Assembly (NCBI RefSeq): GCF_018977255.1 | Contig: NW_024704742.1 | Location: 102,984,001 to 103,048,000 of the forward strand | DNA length: 64,000 nucleotides | DNA from: Callorhinchus milii | Lineage: Eukaryota | Direction of reading: 5' to 3' | Shown here: positions 34,251 to 48,023 of the stretch, one piece after another | How the letters are laid out: the number at the start of each line of letters is the position of its first letter | How positions within the stretch are numbered: position 1 is the first letter of the stretch | Program-made: the position numbers and the translations under genes | Notes under the pieces: generated by a model | What the model saw: the letters and a program-made list of their open reading frames with translations, nothing else | What the model was told of the DNA's origin: nothing | Database searches by the model: none

Positions 34251-35459
34251 TTTAGAACAGAGTAGGGTAAGCTTTATATATATATATATATATATCTGCT
34301 GCTGCCACTGAATCTCAACCAAATCTACAAACAAATTTTCTACACTACCTTTTGCAATTTAAAAAAAAACTTCAGTATAAATGAGATTAAAAGGAAGAGG
34401 TATCACATTGCTGTTTGAGGGTTTCCTTGCACGGTATTAAGGTATCCATTAGGAGCAATGTGTTCTTTCTAATTGCAGAGGATAATGATACGTGGAAGTG
34501 AGTTTACAAGGTGGCAATTGAGGGTTCGCGTGAAGGATGAGCAGTTTAACTGGTTGGCTGGACTCCTTGATTCGGTCACTGCCTGTTAGGTTATCTCATG
34601 GTATGTTATTTTTATAACTTCCATTGTTTTAATGGGCTGTTTTTGTTATCACTGCAGACACTATCTGCCGGGTCCTTATCCATTAATTCATGCTGGTTGT
34701 CCTGCAGGATTAACCTGTATTGTTGCAGATGTATTGAGAAATGCTTTGCAGCTGACTTCTAGAAAATTCTGGCCTGTATTATATTTATGTGGATAGCCTT
34801 CAAATCGGTGACTATTGGTCAATGAACAAAGTGCAAAGGTTAGTTCAAATTGACCCCTTGCTGGTTGTCGTGATTAGGATCCCACACAGTTTGTGGGTTC
34901 CCCATTATAGAAAAACACTGCTGACTGAGTGGTACTCTGAATTTATAACCTCAAACTGATTCCTGCAGTATCATAACCTCAGTATAATGCAGCTCAAAAT
35001 GCTCTCCAGGCACAACACCCAGTTGAGAGAGCAAAATCTAGAATTACGGTAAGTGTGTTTTTCCTCAAGGACACGATATGAACATTTTACATATCCAGAA
35101 TGACTACTCTTTACTGAAGCCCTAGCAAAACAAGACAACTGATGTTGAACTGCACATTTTACACACGCCTACGATTGCACTTTACCAAAATTCCAAAGCT
35201 GGAGTGCAGAAGTAGAGTTAGGAACACTCCCGGATAAGTCCTTAAATTAGCTTTATTCAGGAGTGTTCCACAAATGAACCTTTTTCTTTAGAGAAATACC
35301 TTGGACAGTGAGTATACAGATTGGAACTAACAGTGGTATATTTAGGTGATTGGAGCTATTATTAGTTGAGGTCTATACGGACCATAAGTAGTGTGTTATA
35401 CTGACTAGAATAATGAGCGGTGCAGTATACTAATTGGAACAACTATTACAGTTTGGATC

Positions 35460-35840
35460 CTTGCTCCTCCCAACCTGCCTCTGCGAACGTTTAAAACTTC
35501 ACCAATCTGTCCGTTCCCTCCGCTTTGCAGGCACTGACCTTCTCCACTTTCGCCACCCTGCCTTCTACACTATTGTTGGGCGGGCTTTCAGCCTTTCTGC
35601 CTCCACCCTCCAGAACTCCCATCACTGTCCCTCCGCCTCGCCCCCATCAAGTCTGTCTCAAGACCTTCCTTTTTGACTGTGCCTTTGGTTATCTACTCTC
35701 CTCTCCACTTGTCCTCATCCCCTGCCTGATCAAGACCTGCAGCTTGGGTGCAAATTCCTCAATTTCCAGCGCCCTGGAACGTTCTGATGTGGAAGTTTAA
35801 GTTTAAACTTAATAAATACAATTTGTTATTCTTGTTATTG
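35460..35840 (+). mobile_element. LINE-2 3' end, decayed
   Basis: gggcgggctttcagcctttctgcctccaccctccagaactcc...tttgactgtgcctttgg. Confidence 0.7.
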
Positions 35841-37164
35841 TTAAAGACTCTCACTCCTTAAACTTGCCTGTCAGCATCTCTACGTTTAAGCTTGAGGCTG
35901 AGGGACCAAACCAGCTTGTTTCTGTGCCATATGTATAAAATGAAATTGAAAATCTACTTGGGAGACTGGCTACTGAAGGGTAGTAAAGTGTTTAAATCTT
36001 CTTTTTGCCACAAGTGTATGTCTCTTGGTTGATGGATTGGTGGTACAGTTGCAATTGAGCAAATTGCCTTCAGTGCTGCCAATATAGGCTTGTGGCTTCC
36101 TATTTAAAAAGGGCAAGCTTCTAAAAATTCTTGCATCAGAACTTCTTCATGTGATATGCCTTCAGCCATTGTGCCATTTCCTCTGGAGTTTTTAGCCTAA
36201 ATCTCTGCCTTGCTGCCCTCATGTCTTCAAAAACTTCTTGAAAATGCTCACCACCTGCCATGGGTCCCCATCTCCCACCCTCCCAGCTTGATGACCAGTA
36301 AATTCTGCTTGCTCCTTGCTTCTCTGCTAGCTCTCCCTCCACTCAGCTAACATTGCCCTCTGCTGTGTGTGTGTGTCCCACCCCCACAGTGGCCCAGCCA
36401 CTCGAACTGTGTCCCACCCCCACAGTGGCCCGAGCCACCTCTGTGTCTATCTTTAAAGCGTGCCTTGAAGCCTACCTCTTCGCCCCCAGTTATGGGCATT
36501 TTCCCCTTCTCCCTAGCTCACCATCCAACCACTGAGAAGTGATCCAAGGTGTTATATCATCTTACTTGAAGTGCGCTTTATAAATTCAAGTTGTTTAAAG
36601 AGCGTCAAGATAACCAAACACACAATAAGAAAGCAAGTTGTTTCAAGTAATTTTTTATTTAAAGTTTGGAGTTTGACTTTCGAGAGTACAGCACAATAGG
36701 CCACCCCTCTGGTTGCTCTGAATAGTTAATGCATCACAAACCTGTTTTAAACAGCTGCATAAAACACTGAAAGTTATTGGGTCATCAGGTTTTAGTGATG
36801 ATTTTAGACTACTCTAGTAAAAAATAACTCGAATTCCACAGTGTGTTGAGATAAAAATAATTCCTAATTTTAGAAATTGTATTTTAAGCTTGAACAGCAT
36901 ACAGAAATTTTGATCTATATTACATTAAACACATTGCACATCTGAGACACCATGTAACAGTTTGGACTAACTGCACTTGATGTTGAACCTGTTTGGAAAT
37001 GGCAGGGGGCAGTTTTTTATGCACACTTGGAATACTTGCTTGAAAAAGGGCTGTGCTAATACCGAAAGAGGCTAAATGCAGCTCTGTTGTATAGACTAGG
37101 AGGCCTTGGTCGATGCTGAATAAGCTGTTCTCAGGGGGTGTATCAGTTATAATATTACACTAAT

Positions 37165-37625
37165 TATAAAGCTTGCATTTGGTATAGCACCTCATCATGT
37201 CATCAAGGTCTAGAAGACATGAAAAGTACTAAATCAAATGTTATTATATGGCCTTAAAGATCTACAAAGAAATTTACAGTAGTGTAGTGACTATCTGTTG
37301 GCAAACACGGCAGACAATTTGGATACAGCAATGTCCAATAAACTACCAGACAGTGAATGACTAATATGTTTCAATTGAGAGATTGTTGGCTGTGAAATGA
37401 AAGGAAAAAAACTCCCTTCTGTTTTCCAATGGTACCATGGGATCTTTAACCTCTGTCTAAATAGGCAAACTGAGCTGATGAATTTATCATCTCATCCAAA
37501 GAAAAACACCTTTCATAATGCAGCACTCACCCATCACTGCAATGGAGTTCTGGGAGAGCGCTGCATTTATGAGCATTATAAGCTCAAAGTCCCATTCAGA
37601 GATGAGAGTGCTGCTGACTGACATC
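37165..37625 (-). mobile_element. Old Deu-domain SINE
   Basis: ccatgggatctttaac...catctcatccaaag...aatgcagcactc...cagagatgagagtgctg. Confidence 0.65.
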
Positions 37626-38504
37626 AGTTGTCCGTGTACGCCATTGATTAGGAATTCTGCTCTTTGTCACCATCCAGTGTCCATTCTGGCAAATGTGGAT
37701 CTTGAGTAAAATTGGCTTTACTGCCTCCTCAGGTTGAATAGCCTGATTAATATTTTCCCAATATAAATTCACATCTGAAAAATGACACTTAGGCAGAATG
37801 TAGGTACACGTCCATCCCATCATAAGAAGAGGAGAAAAGTGGCCTTCCCCTCCCAAAAAGCTATGTACATATTAACTTCTCTTAAACTCTCCCTCTGTTG
37901 CTTTGCAGAAGTCATGTAAACAGTCTAGGGATGGTGAAATCGATCTGGACATTGAGAGGTGGAAAGAAGACAAAGTTGCGATTGAATCCCAAGATTAGAT
38001 GTGAGCAAAGCTGTGGTAGAGCAGCTCCTTAAAAGCCATATTGTGCAACAGAAAGAATCCAAAATGTATGAATCTAGGCACTGAATAATTATTAGACAAC
38101 TAGTCATTTTGTTTGTGTCAAACACAAAAAAATGAATTTATTGAGATGCCATTTTCCCAAGTGACTAGCACATTCACCAAAGTGACTATCAGATTCTTGT
38201 TACTTACCTTACAGAGACAACCGACTTGCATTTATATAGTGCCTTCACATGGGGTAGTGTTTCAAAGTACTTAAAATTAGCCAAGCCTGCAAGGTCATCT
38301 TACAAAATGTCCAGTTGTTGCCTTAGTGAGACTGGTGAATAAGGGTTTGGAGTACTATGGCTGCTCCAAGTGAGAACATCTTGCAAATCAAAGAACTCGT
38401 GATTTGTTTTGTCACTGCCAGCTGATCGTAAGGTGGGGTGAATCTTTTGTGGTAAAATTAGTTGAATGAGTGAACTTTGGTTTCCTGTGCCGGTCGGTAT
38501 CAAA

Positions 38505-38850
38505 CTGGCTCAGTTGGTAGCACTCTCTGCTCTATCAGAAGGTTGTGGGTTTGATTTCCATGTTGGAGCTTTGATCTCAGGTTAGCCGGATGCTCCATTC
38601 AGGGCTGCATTATTGAGGTGCTATCCTTTAAATGAGACATTAAGCTGAGTCTGCCAGTTTAGATGGATGTTAAAGATCCCATGACATTATTGGAAAACAG
38701 AAGGGAATTTACCAGGCATCCTGGTCAACCATGCCCCAGACTAAAACTAAAATTGTCATTCACTCATAAAACACATCCCTTGATGCATTTTTGAGACATT
38801 TTGATGACCTAAGGCAGGCACTATATCGAATGCAAGGATTATTATTCTGA
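38505..38850 (+). mobile_element. Old tRNA-headed SacSINE-like element
   Basis: tggctcagttggtagcactct...tcagaaggttgtgggtt...gatggatgttaaagatcccatg. Confidence 0.65.
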
Positions 38851-39469
38851 TTGCCTAAAAAGGAGAATATATTTAGAATTTGAAGGGCAGATCTTTGAAG
38901 TTGGGTAGAAATTCAGCTGTTGCATTCTCTATCCTTAAAGTTGTTAATTGGTCTCCTTTCTCTTTCCAAGCACTTCCATTTATACAGTATCTGAAGGGCA
39001 ATTATCTACATTAATTGGGACCTACCCCATTGTGCGTTAGCAAACAGTGTGGATAATTCAGAAGAAATATGGCTGCTACAGGCAATATTATTATTAATAC
39101 TATTTTTAAACTTTAGTTTTCATTGATCTAATCACAGTAAAAAATTTTTTTAAAAAAGCAAGTTTAATTCACGCAGTTTTTCCCACCATTGTAATGGTAT
39201 GCAGTGTATTTGTTCAGCATTAATGATCTAAAGATGACCTTGTGCTCTTTTGTCCCATAGCCCTATTTGTTAAAGCACATTGTTACGTACCACCCCCTCC
39301 CCCCTTGTTTAGTTGCCTATTCTGAAAAGGTGAGGATTAAGCTGATGTTTCAGTTTACTTCTACAGAGTATTCTAGGTTTACCAGAGTTAGGTGTTGTTC
39401 TCAGCATTTTGCTTTTAAAAAGTATACTCCAGCGAAAATATATTTTTTCCCCATGGGTATGATTCGACA

Positions 39470-41120
39470 ATAACAACAAAATTACATTTGTATAGCGCCT
39501 TTCACTTCGGAAGGACATCCCAAGGCACTGGACAGACCCGAGCTGAGGGTCGGGGAGGAAGTACGGAGATCAAAAGCACGGTCGAAGAGGTGGCACTTGA
39601 AGGTGGTGAGGGAGGGGGCGAGACGGAGGGACTGCGGGATGGAGTTCCAGAGGGTGGGGGCAGAGTGGCGGAAGGCCCGCCTGCCGATAGTGGGGTGAGC
39701 AAGGTTAGGGCCCTGAAGCAGGCCGGAGCCCGCTGAGCGGAGGGAGCGAACAGGGTGGTAGGGGGTTAGGAGGTCGGAGAGGTGGAGGGGGGAAAGACTG
39801 TGGAGGGCTTTGAAGGTGAGGACCAGGATCTTGAACTGTATCCTCTGTGTGATGGGAAGCCAGTGGAGTTGGGCAAGTATGGGGGTAATAGGGCGTGGAG
39901 CCTAGTGCGGGAGAGAACACACCCTGCCGAGTTTTCGGTGATCTGCACCCTGTGGAGAGAGGAGTTGGGGAGACCGACAAGCAAGGAGTTTGCATAGTCA
40001 AGTCTCGATGTAATAAAGGCGTGTATGAGGGTTTCGGTGGCCTGCCTATGTAAGACAGTGTCGGAGCTGGGCGACATTGCAGAGGTGGGGGAAGGCAGAG
40101 TGGGTCATGGCGCAGATGTGGGGTAGAAAGGATAGTTGAGGGTCAAACAAGACCCCAAGGTTCTGGACTGGCTTAGTAAGGTGGAGTGTGCAACCATGGA
40201 TGGTGATGCTGTCAGCGTCTGAGATGAGGAGACGTTGACAGGAGCCAATCAGGAGAGTTTCAGTCTTGTTGACGTTCAACTGAAAAAAGTTAGCTCTCAC
40301 CCAGGACTTGATGTCTGACAGACATTCTGTCAGCACAGCAGTGGTCCTGGTGTCAAGGGTGGAGGCAGAGAGATAGAGTTGGGTATCATCCGCATAAATG
40401 GGAAGTTGACCTCATGTCTGCGAATGATGTCACCAAGAGGAAGCATATAGATGTTGAAGAGGCGGTGGATGAGGATAGAGTGGTTGACAGTGTTGAAAGT
40501 AGCAGAGAGGATGAGGAGGCAGAGGGAGCCCTGGTCACAGATGGACAGAATGTCATTTGTCACTTTGACCAGGAGGAAGGAGCGAAGCTGAGGAGCAACA
40601 ACTCATTCCAGGACCTTGCAGAGGAAGGGGGATTGGAAATGGGGCAGTAGTTAGAGAGCAGGGAAGGGTACAGGGAGGGTTTTTTTAAGGTTAGGAGTGA
40701 TGACAGAAGTTTTTAAAAGAGTGGGAACAGTACCAGAGGACAGGGAGATGCTTACGATGTCAATGAGTAAGAGGGGCAAGGAGGTGGAGATGGGAGGAAA
40801 GGAGTGGGGTAGGGATGGCGTCGAGGGAGCAGGTGGTGGGTTTCATTCGGGTTATGGTGGTAATGAGAGAGGAGGGGGAGACGGGTTCAAAGGTGTGGAG
40901 AGAGGGGTGAGTAAGGGGCTGGGGTGGGAGGAGAAAATGGGGAGGGTGTAGCAGTTGCAGAGGGAGCTGAATGGATTCCCTCGACTTTGGATTTGAGGAA
41001 GTCCAGCATCGCCTCGCAGTTGGCATTTGAGGTGAGGATGGGTGAGGTGTGAGAGGGTGGGCGGAGGAGTCAGTTCGTGATGGAGAAGAGGAGCTTGGGG
41101 TTGTCCTTAGCCTCCTTCAA
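39470..41120 (-). mobile_element. LINE-2 with internal deletions (RT + 3' end)
   Basis: Minus ORFs LSDIKSWVRANFFQLNVNKTE, SRLDYANSLLVGLP, MKPTTCSLDAIPT; tail at 39470. Confidence 0.92.
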
Positions 41121-41689
41121 AGATTCCTTCATTTGCATAGGATAATAAGCCTCAACGTGACCCAACTTCCAATTTTTTTAAATAAACAAATATTGGTGGT
41201 TGTGGGTAGAAATTATTGAAAAGGCTACAGCGTTTAGTGAAATCGCATGGTACCATGCTTTTGGTTTTACCCGTGTAGTTGAGGAAAAATTGAAGAGTCT
41301 TATTAGTGAATCACAAAAGTATGCACTTGCTATGGGTTTGAACAAACTATTAGCTGATCAGAGTAATAATAATAATCCTTGCTTTTGGTTTTGCTCCTTT
41401 CACTTTGGGAGGACATCTCAAAGCACTTCACAGGGTCTGTGTTTTATGGGCAAACATGGCAGCCAACTTGCATAGAACAATGCTCCACAGACAGCCATAA
41501 CAGCCAAATTTTGTCCATGGTCAGGTTGCCTTTGGCAGGTGTCCTATGTGACCCAGGTGGCCAAGTGATTATTGCTGTGCAGTGTTCCAGAGGCAAATTC
41601 ATGCTGTGTTACAAGCTTTCATGGGTTTGTAATCCAAGGTGACCGAAATGTTGTGACACCAACAACAACAACATTTCTAGAGTGGGAGA

Positions 41690-42420
41690 GACTAGGTAGT
41701 GTTACTGTTCAGAGGGTGACCTTGTACACCAGTCACAAAAAGTTAGTATGCAGATACAGAAAGCAACTAGGAAGGCTAATGCCATGTTGGCGTTCGTTGC
41801 AAAAGGGTTAGAGTACAAGAGTAGGGAAGTCTTGCTGCAGTTGTATAAGACGTTGGTGAGACTGCACCTAGAATATTGTATGCAGTTTTGGTCTCCTTAT
41901 TTAAGAAAGAACATACTCACCTTAGAGGGGGTGCAGTGTAGATTCACTAGGTTGGTTCCTGTGATGAGGGGGTTGACCTATGAGGATAGGTTGAGTAAAC
42001 TAGGCCTATATTCTCTAGAATATAGAAGAATTAGAGGTGATCTTATAGAGACCTATAAGATTCTTAAGGGTCTTGACAGAGTAGATGCCGTGAGACTGTT
42101 TCTCTTGGTTGGAGAATCTAATACTAGGGGTCGTAGTCTCAAGATTAAGGGACAGCTTTTCAAACTGAGTTGAGGAAACATTCCTTTACTGAGAGGGTCG
42201 TGAATTTGTGGAATTCTCTACCCCAGAAGGCTGTGGATGCTCAGTCCTTGAACATATTCAAGACTGAGGTTGATAGATTTCTAAAGGATAGAGGGATTAA
42301 GGGATATGGGGATGGGGCAGGTAAATGGAATTAGGTTAGAAGATCAGCCATTATCTTAGTAAATGGTGGGGCAGGCTTGAGGGGCCAAATGGCCTACTCC
42401 TGCACCTACGTCTTATGATC
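41690..42420 (+). mobile_element. CR1 LINE 3' portion
   Basis: ORF 41748-42173 KANAMLAFVAKGLEYKSREVLLQLYKTLVRLHLEYCMQFWSPY is a typical CR1 ORF2 C-terminus; 3' end gggccaaatggcctactcctg...tcttatgatctta. Confidence 0.93.
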
Positions 42421-43702
42421 TTATTACATTTATAAAGCACCTTTCATGTCGGGAGGACGTCCCAAGGTGCTGAACAGTCAGGAGTGTGGGCGGCAGGTGT
42501 GGGATGAGGGAGGGCAGAGAGGTAGGAGGGCGGCTGAAGGCACGGTCAAAAAGGAGGGTCTTGATTCGTGCCTTGAAGGAGGCAAGAGAGGGAGCAGGGC
42601 AAAGTGATTGTGGGATGGAGTTCGAAAGAGTGGGGGCAGAAAGGCTGAAAGCCCGGGCCACTCATGGTAGGGTGTGTCGGGCGGGAGACCCGCAGCAGGT
42701 CGGAGCCGGCTGAATGGAGGGAATGGACAGGTTGATAGGTCAGCAGGTCAGAGGTATAGAAGGGGGCAAGGCTATGGAGGGTCTTGAAAGCGAGGACAAG
42801 GATCTTGAATTCTAACCTTTGAGGGTTGGAGAGCCAGTGGAGCCGGGCGAGGGTGGGGGTGATGCGTTCACGGAGCCTGGTTCGGGAGAGGACACGATCT
42901 GCAGCTTGTGGAGGGAAAAGTTGGGGAGATCGACATGGGGGGAGTTTCTATAGTCAAGCCTTGAGGTGACGAATGTATGTATGAGGGTTTCGGCGACCTG
43001 AGGGGTGAGGCAGTGGCAGAGTTGGGCAATGTTGCAGAGGTGCGGGAAGGCAGAGTGGGTCATGGCACGGATAGGGGGGGAGAAAGGACAGTTGAAGGTC
43101 GAACAAGATGCTCAGGTTCCTAACTGGCTTGGTGAGGTGGAATTTGCATCCGTGGATGCTGATGCTACAAGTGCCTGAGGTGCGGAGACGCTGGCGCGAG
43201 CCAATCAAGAGGGCTTCAGTCTTGCTGACACTCAGCTGTGGAAAGTTAGCTCTCATCCAGGACTTGATGTCTGACAGAGTCTGTCAGGACAGCAGTTGTC
43301 CTAGAATCGAGGGTGGAGGCAGAGAGATAGAGTTGGGTGTCATCCGCGTACATATGGAAGTTGACCCCATGTCTGTGGATGATGTCACCAAGGGGGAGCA
43401 TGAACAGGTTGAAGAGGAGGGGAGTGAGGACAGAGCCCTGAGGAACACCACACGAGACAGTGCAGGGGCTGGAAGAGAAACAGTTGGCGGAGACAAATTG
43501 GAGACAGTGGGAGAGATAAGACCTGAACCATTGAAGGACAGAACCTGGAAGATTGAGGTGAGAGGAGAGGCGGTGGAGGAGGATGGAGTGGTCCACTGTA
43601 TCGAAGGCAGCAGAGAGGTCGAGGAGAACGAGAAGGCAGAGGCGGCACTTGTCACAGATGGACAAAATGTTGTTTGTCACCTTGCCCAGAGCAGTTTCCA
43701 TG
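42421..43702 (-). mobile_element. LINE-2 RT region + 3' end, tail-to-tail with the CR1
   Basis: LLDLSAAFDTVDH...GVPQGSVL.PLLF...YADDTQLY. Confidence 0.95.
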
Positions 43703-45309
43703 CGTTCCAGTTTTGGTCAACTTGTATTTTCCTATTTGGCGAGATGTGATTTACCTGGGATGGCAAGTGGCAATACTACAGGGTGGCAAACTTGGTTAAA
43801 TCCCAAGGCACTTGACCTATTTGTAACCAATGTTGTCGGACTTTCTGCCCTCTTACTGGGAATAGTAATGGAATAAGGAGGCACAATTTAACATTGTTAA
43901 TGTATTTATCCACTTCCAGGTTTTGCAAAATTGCATTTTTTTTACGTTTGCGTGAGACTGTGCCTTTCTCTTCCGCCTGAAAGAAAACGCAAAGTAAAAG
44001 CAACAATTAATCAGAATTCTTTTTAATCTCACTTTTGGGATTTGAACATGTGCTGATTTTGTTAACTGGCAATATTGGGCCGGACAAGAAGTCTTAAACT
44101 AGGGCATCAACTACCTAGTTAGCTGTGGTGAAGAGCGGAGCTGGGAGAGAGAGAGGAAACATCATGTTTTCGAGGTGGATTTGAGACCCAGGTTTCAAAG
44201 GCAACGGATATCATGAAACATGCTGCTCCTTCACACTGCTCCTCCTGAGCTATTTTAATCTAATGTTTAAAGCACTTGGCTGGTACCTGGGGGAGATTTT
44301 TGCTAAGGAGGAATAAAGGAAGGATGGAATGAAAAAAGGTCATTCAGCCCATGAAGCTTAATCCTTCCAGAGTTCATCTGTGCATCTTTTCTTTCCTATC
44401 CAACCCAGGTAGCTGCCTGAGGAAAAGTCTTGAATAATCTAATTGGTCTGTTGATGTAACCATTTTCTATATACGGTGCTGGGTAACGAATCTGGAAGCT
44501 TCCGTTTTCTAGTTCCTGTAATAAATGTCAGTACCTCAGTACTAGTCATATTTGTAATCTTGCTGTGGATGTGGGAATGTTTAAAGAGTACTGTGTGCAT
44601 GCCATCAGTCTTGTCAAATACATTTAGTAAAATATTATGATATTGCTCTTGAATTCAGAAACTGAGATCTAATTTGATGGAAACCAAGCCTTGCTGTGTC
44701 TGCAGTTTCAGATGTTTGTTCACCTATTTCCTGGATTTTCAATAAGGGCCAATTAAAACCTTTCTTGGCATTCTTACAAACTCCTAAATAAATTCATGGC
44801 AAGGCAATGTCATACAATCATAGCTGTAGCTGCAAAACAGTTTTCAACATGTTTCTGACTAACCTGCAGCAGGGGGACCTGAAGCTTGCATGCAAGCAGT
44901 CTGTATCTTTTTACCATTACAATAAAGGCTCTGCATTGCAAGAGCACTTAAATAATAATCTTAGCATTTGACATGTTGTGATTCATTCAAAAGTCTCAAA
45001 GCATTTCACAGATTTTATTTAAGCTGAAGTTTAACGACTGTATTAGTAGGGAAAGTTTTGGTGTTTTGTTACTCTTGGCACATGGCTTCTAATTTGATGG
45101 AGAGTTAGAATTCTTGTTGAAGACATTCTAGGAATCGCAAATGAGTTGCTAATTATAATTGCATTTGTGACGATAACAGGCAGTAAAATGAGCAAAATAC
45201 ATAGACTTACAGCCCAGAACTGACCAACTAGTCTGTGCCAGTGTATGTACGTAAATGTGAATTTGAACTCTATTGCACAGATCACATTGTGACTGTTTTC
45301 CTTTCCGTC

Positions 45310-46290
45310 TACAAATTTACAGTGCTTTGACCCAAATGTGGGAAGGTTGGGATCAGGGAGAGGGTAGGTCTGAGAAAGGAGGAGGGTGGCCGAAGGCACG
45401 GTCAAAGAGGAGGGTCTTGTTGCTTGCCTTGAAGGAGGAAAGGGAGGGAGCGAGGCAAAGGCAATGTGGGATGGAGTTCCAAAGGGTGGGAGCAGAGAGA
45501 CTGAAGGCCCGACTGCTGATTGGGAAGGGGGGTGGGCGGGGGACACGGAGCAGGCCGGAACCTGCTGAGCGGAGTGAATGGTTAGGTTGATAAGGAGTTA
45601 ACAGGTCGGAGAAGCAGGAGGGAGCAAGGCCATGGGGGGCCTTGAAGGTGAGGATGAGAATTTTGAACTGGATCCTCTGAGGGATGGCAAGCCAGTGCAG
45701 CCGGGTGAGGGTGGGGGTGATGGGATTATGGAGCCTGGTGGGGGAGAGGACACGAGCTGCAGAATTTGGGATGATCTGCAGCTTGTGAAGGGAAGAGTTG
45801 GGAAGGCCAACAAGCAAGACATTGGCATAGTCAAGCCTGTTTGTAATGAAAGCATGTATAAGGGTTTCGGAGGGCTGAGGTTTGAGGCAGTGGCGGAGTC
45901 GGGACATGTTACAGAGTTGGGGAAAGGCAGTGCGTGTCATGGTATGCATATAGGGTAGAAAGGACGCCTAGGTTTCTTGACTGGCTTGGTGAGGTGGAGT
46001 GTGCATCCTCTCCCTCAATCCCTCCGCTTTATCTCCCCTCTCCCCTTTTCAAGTCCCGCCTGAAAACTAAGTATTGCCGACGTTCAACTGTAACAGTTAA
46101 CTTTCATCCAGAACTTGATGTCCGACAGCCAATCTGTCAGGACATCAGTGGTCCTGAGGTCGAGGGTGGAGGCAGAGAGGTACAGTTGGGTGCCATCCAC
46201 ATACATGTGGAAGTTGACCCCATGTCTGCGGATGATGTCACCAAGAGGGAGCATGAACAGGTTGAAGAGGAGGGGACCAGCAACAGCCCT
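45310..46290 (-). mobile_element. LINE-2 3' portion with a short opposite-strand L2 insert (~46005-46070)
   Basis: Minus ORF 45353-45949 RLDYANVLLVGLP...LHWLAIPQRIQFK; GPLLFNLFMLPLGDIIRRHG. Confidence 0.9.
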
Positions 46291-46713
46291 GAGCGACACC
46301 GACCCATCTGGCAGCACATACTTGTTTTGATTGGAAATAAATCCTTTAAAGGTGTCGGTTTGCTCAGTTGGTAGTATTCTCGGGTTAGAAAATTGAGGAC
46401 TTGAGTTCACAATGTAGGACAAGAGGGGGGATTTCCAAAATAGAATTGTATGTCCAAACTTTGAGATTCACAGTCAGATTGAACCTGACTGGGAATCTCC
46501 ATCTCCCGACCCACACCAACCCCCCACACCACCCAGTTTCCACACAAGTGTTCCAATTTTTAAGATTATATTGAATATTTATTGTTCCATCCTTCCTGAC
46601 TTTTTTTTAATCTTCTCGCCAATATGTTTTGACACATTTAAAATCCTTTAAATGTACTGCTAATTTGAAACATTGGTGCCATTGGCTAATGATTCTTTCA
46701 TTTTACTTTATAG

Positions 46714-48023
46714 GAAACACAGCTTTGCACGACTGTGCTGAGTCCGGGAGCTTGGAGATCATGAAGATGCTGCTTAAATACGGAGCGAGGATGGAGAAAG
46801 ATGGGTACGGAATGACCCCATTGCTCTCAGCCAGTGTGACCGGTCACACCAACATTGTGGACTTTCTAACCCAGCATCCACAAACCAGCAAGGTCGAGAG
46901 AATCAATGCCCTGGAGCTCCTGGGAGCCACCTTTGTTGACAAGAAGAGAGATTTGCTGGGAGCTATGAAGTACTGGAAGAGAGCTATGGACATGCGATAC
47001 AGCGATATTGCTAGAGTCCTTGGGAAACCTGAGCCCAAGGAGTTAGTGATGGCTTATGATTATACCAAAGAAGTAACGACTGTGGAGGAACTGGAAGCCT
47101 TGATTGCTGATCCAGATGAGATGAGGATGCAGGCTTTATTGATCAGAGAGAGAATACTGGGCCCCTCTCACCCAGATACCTCTTATTACATCAGGTACAG
47201 AGGTGCAGTCTATGCCGATTCTGGCAACTTTGAAAGGTGCATCAATCTGTGGAAGTATGCGTTGGATATGCAGCAGAGCAACCTGGACCCATTGAGCCCC
47301 ATGACCGCCAGTAGCTTGCTGTCTTTCGCTGAACTTTTTTCTTTTATGCTACAAGACCGAACGAAAGGTGTCTTGGGAACGTCCGTGTCTTTCTCTGACT
47401 TGATGGGGATACTGAGCAAAAGCGTCTTTGAGATAGACCGGGCCATTAAACAGATACAGTCTCCCCCAGATCCTACGCAGCTAAGCAAAGCCCTGTCCAT
47501 CATCTTGCATTTAATTTGCTTGCTGGAGAAAGTGAAATGCAGCTCTGAGCAGGAGCAGTTCAAGAGGCAAACCATCTACAGGTTTCTGAAGCTAAACTCC
47601 AGAGGGAAAGCTGGGTTTTCTCCACTTCACCTCGCAGTCGATAAAGACACCACCTCTGTCGGTCGCTATCCAGTTTGTAAATTCCCATCTCTGCAAGTCA
47701 CAGCAATGTTGTTGGAGTGCGGAGCAGACTTCAACTCAAGAGACTTGGACAGCAACAGTCCTTTGCACATTGCTGCACGCAACAACCACCCTGAGATCAT
47801 GAATCTTCTGATTAAGGCAGGAGCACACTTTGACACCACAAACTCCCAAAAGCAGACAGCCTGCGACTTACTCGATGAGAAGGAAATGGGGAAAAACTTA
47901 ATTCAACCTATCAACCATACAACTTTACAGTGTCTTGCTGCCCGTGCCATAGTCAAACACCAATTGGTTTACAGAGGACAGATCCCAGAAAAATTGGAGG
48001 CATTCATTTTGCTGCACAGATGA
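46714..48023 (+). CDS. FEM1C: FEM1C last coding exon (ANK, TPR, ANK, C-terminal VHL/BC box)
   Basis: Acceptor ttttactttatag|GAAAC restores G-N-T-A-L-H-D-C; ends ...TLQCLAARAIV...FILLHR*. 544+1310 nt = 617 codons + stop, the same length as recalled human FEM1C. Confidence 0.97.

Noticed and set aside
36372..36431. Short tandem duplication tgtgtcccacccccacagtggccc x2
   Set aside because: Ordinary slippage duplication at the edge of a decayed L2 fragment.
46629..46713. N-terminal extension of the 464-aa ORF
   Set aside because: Intronic; the exon begins at 46714 after the AG acceptor.
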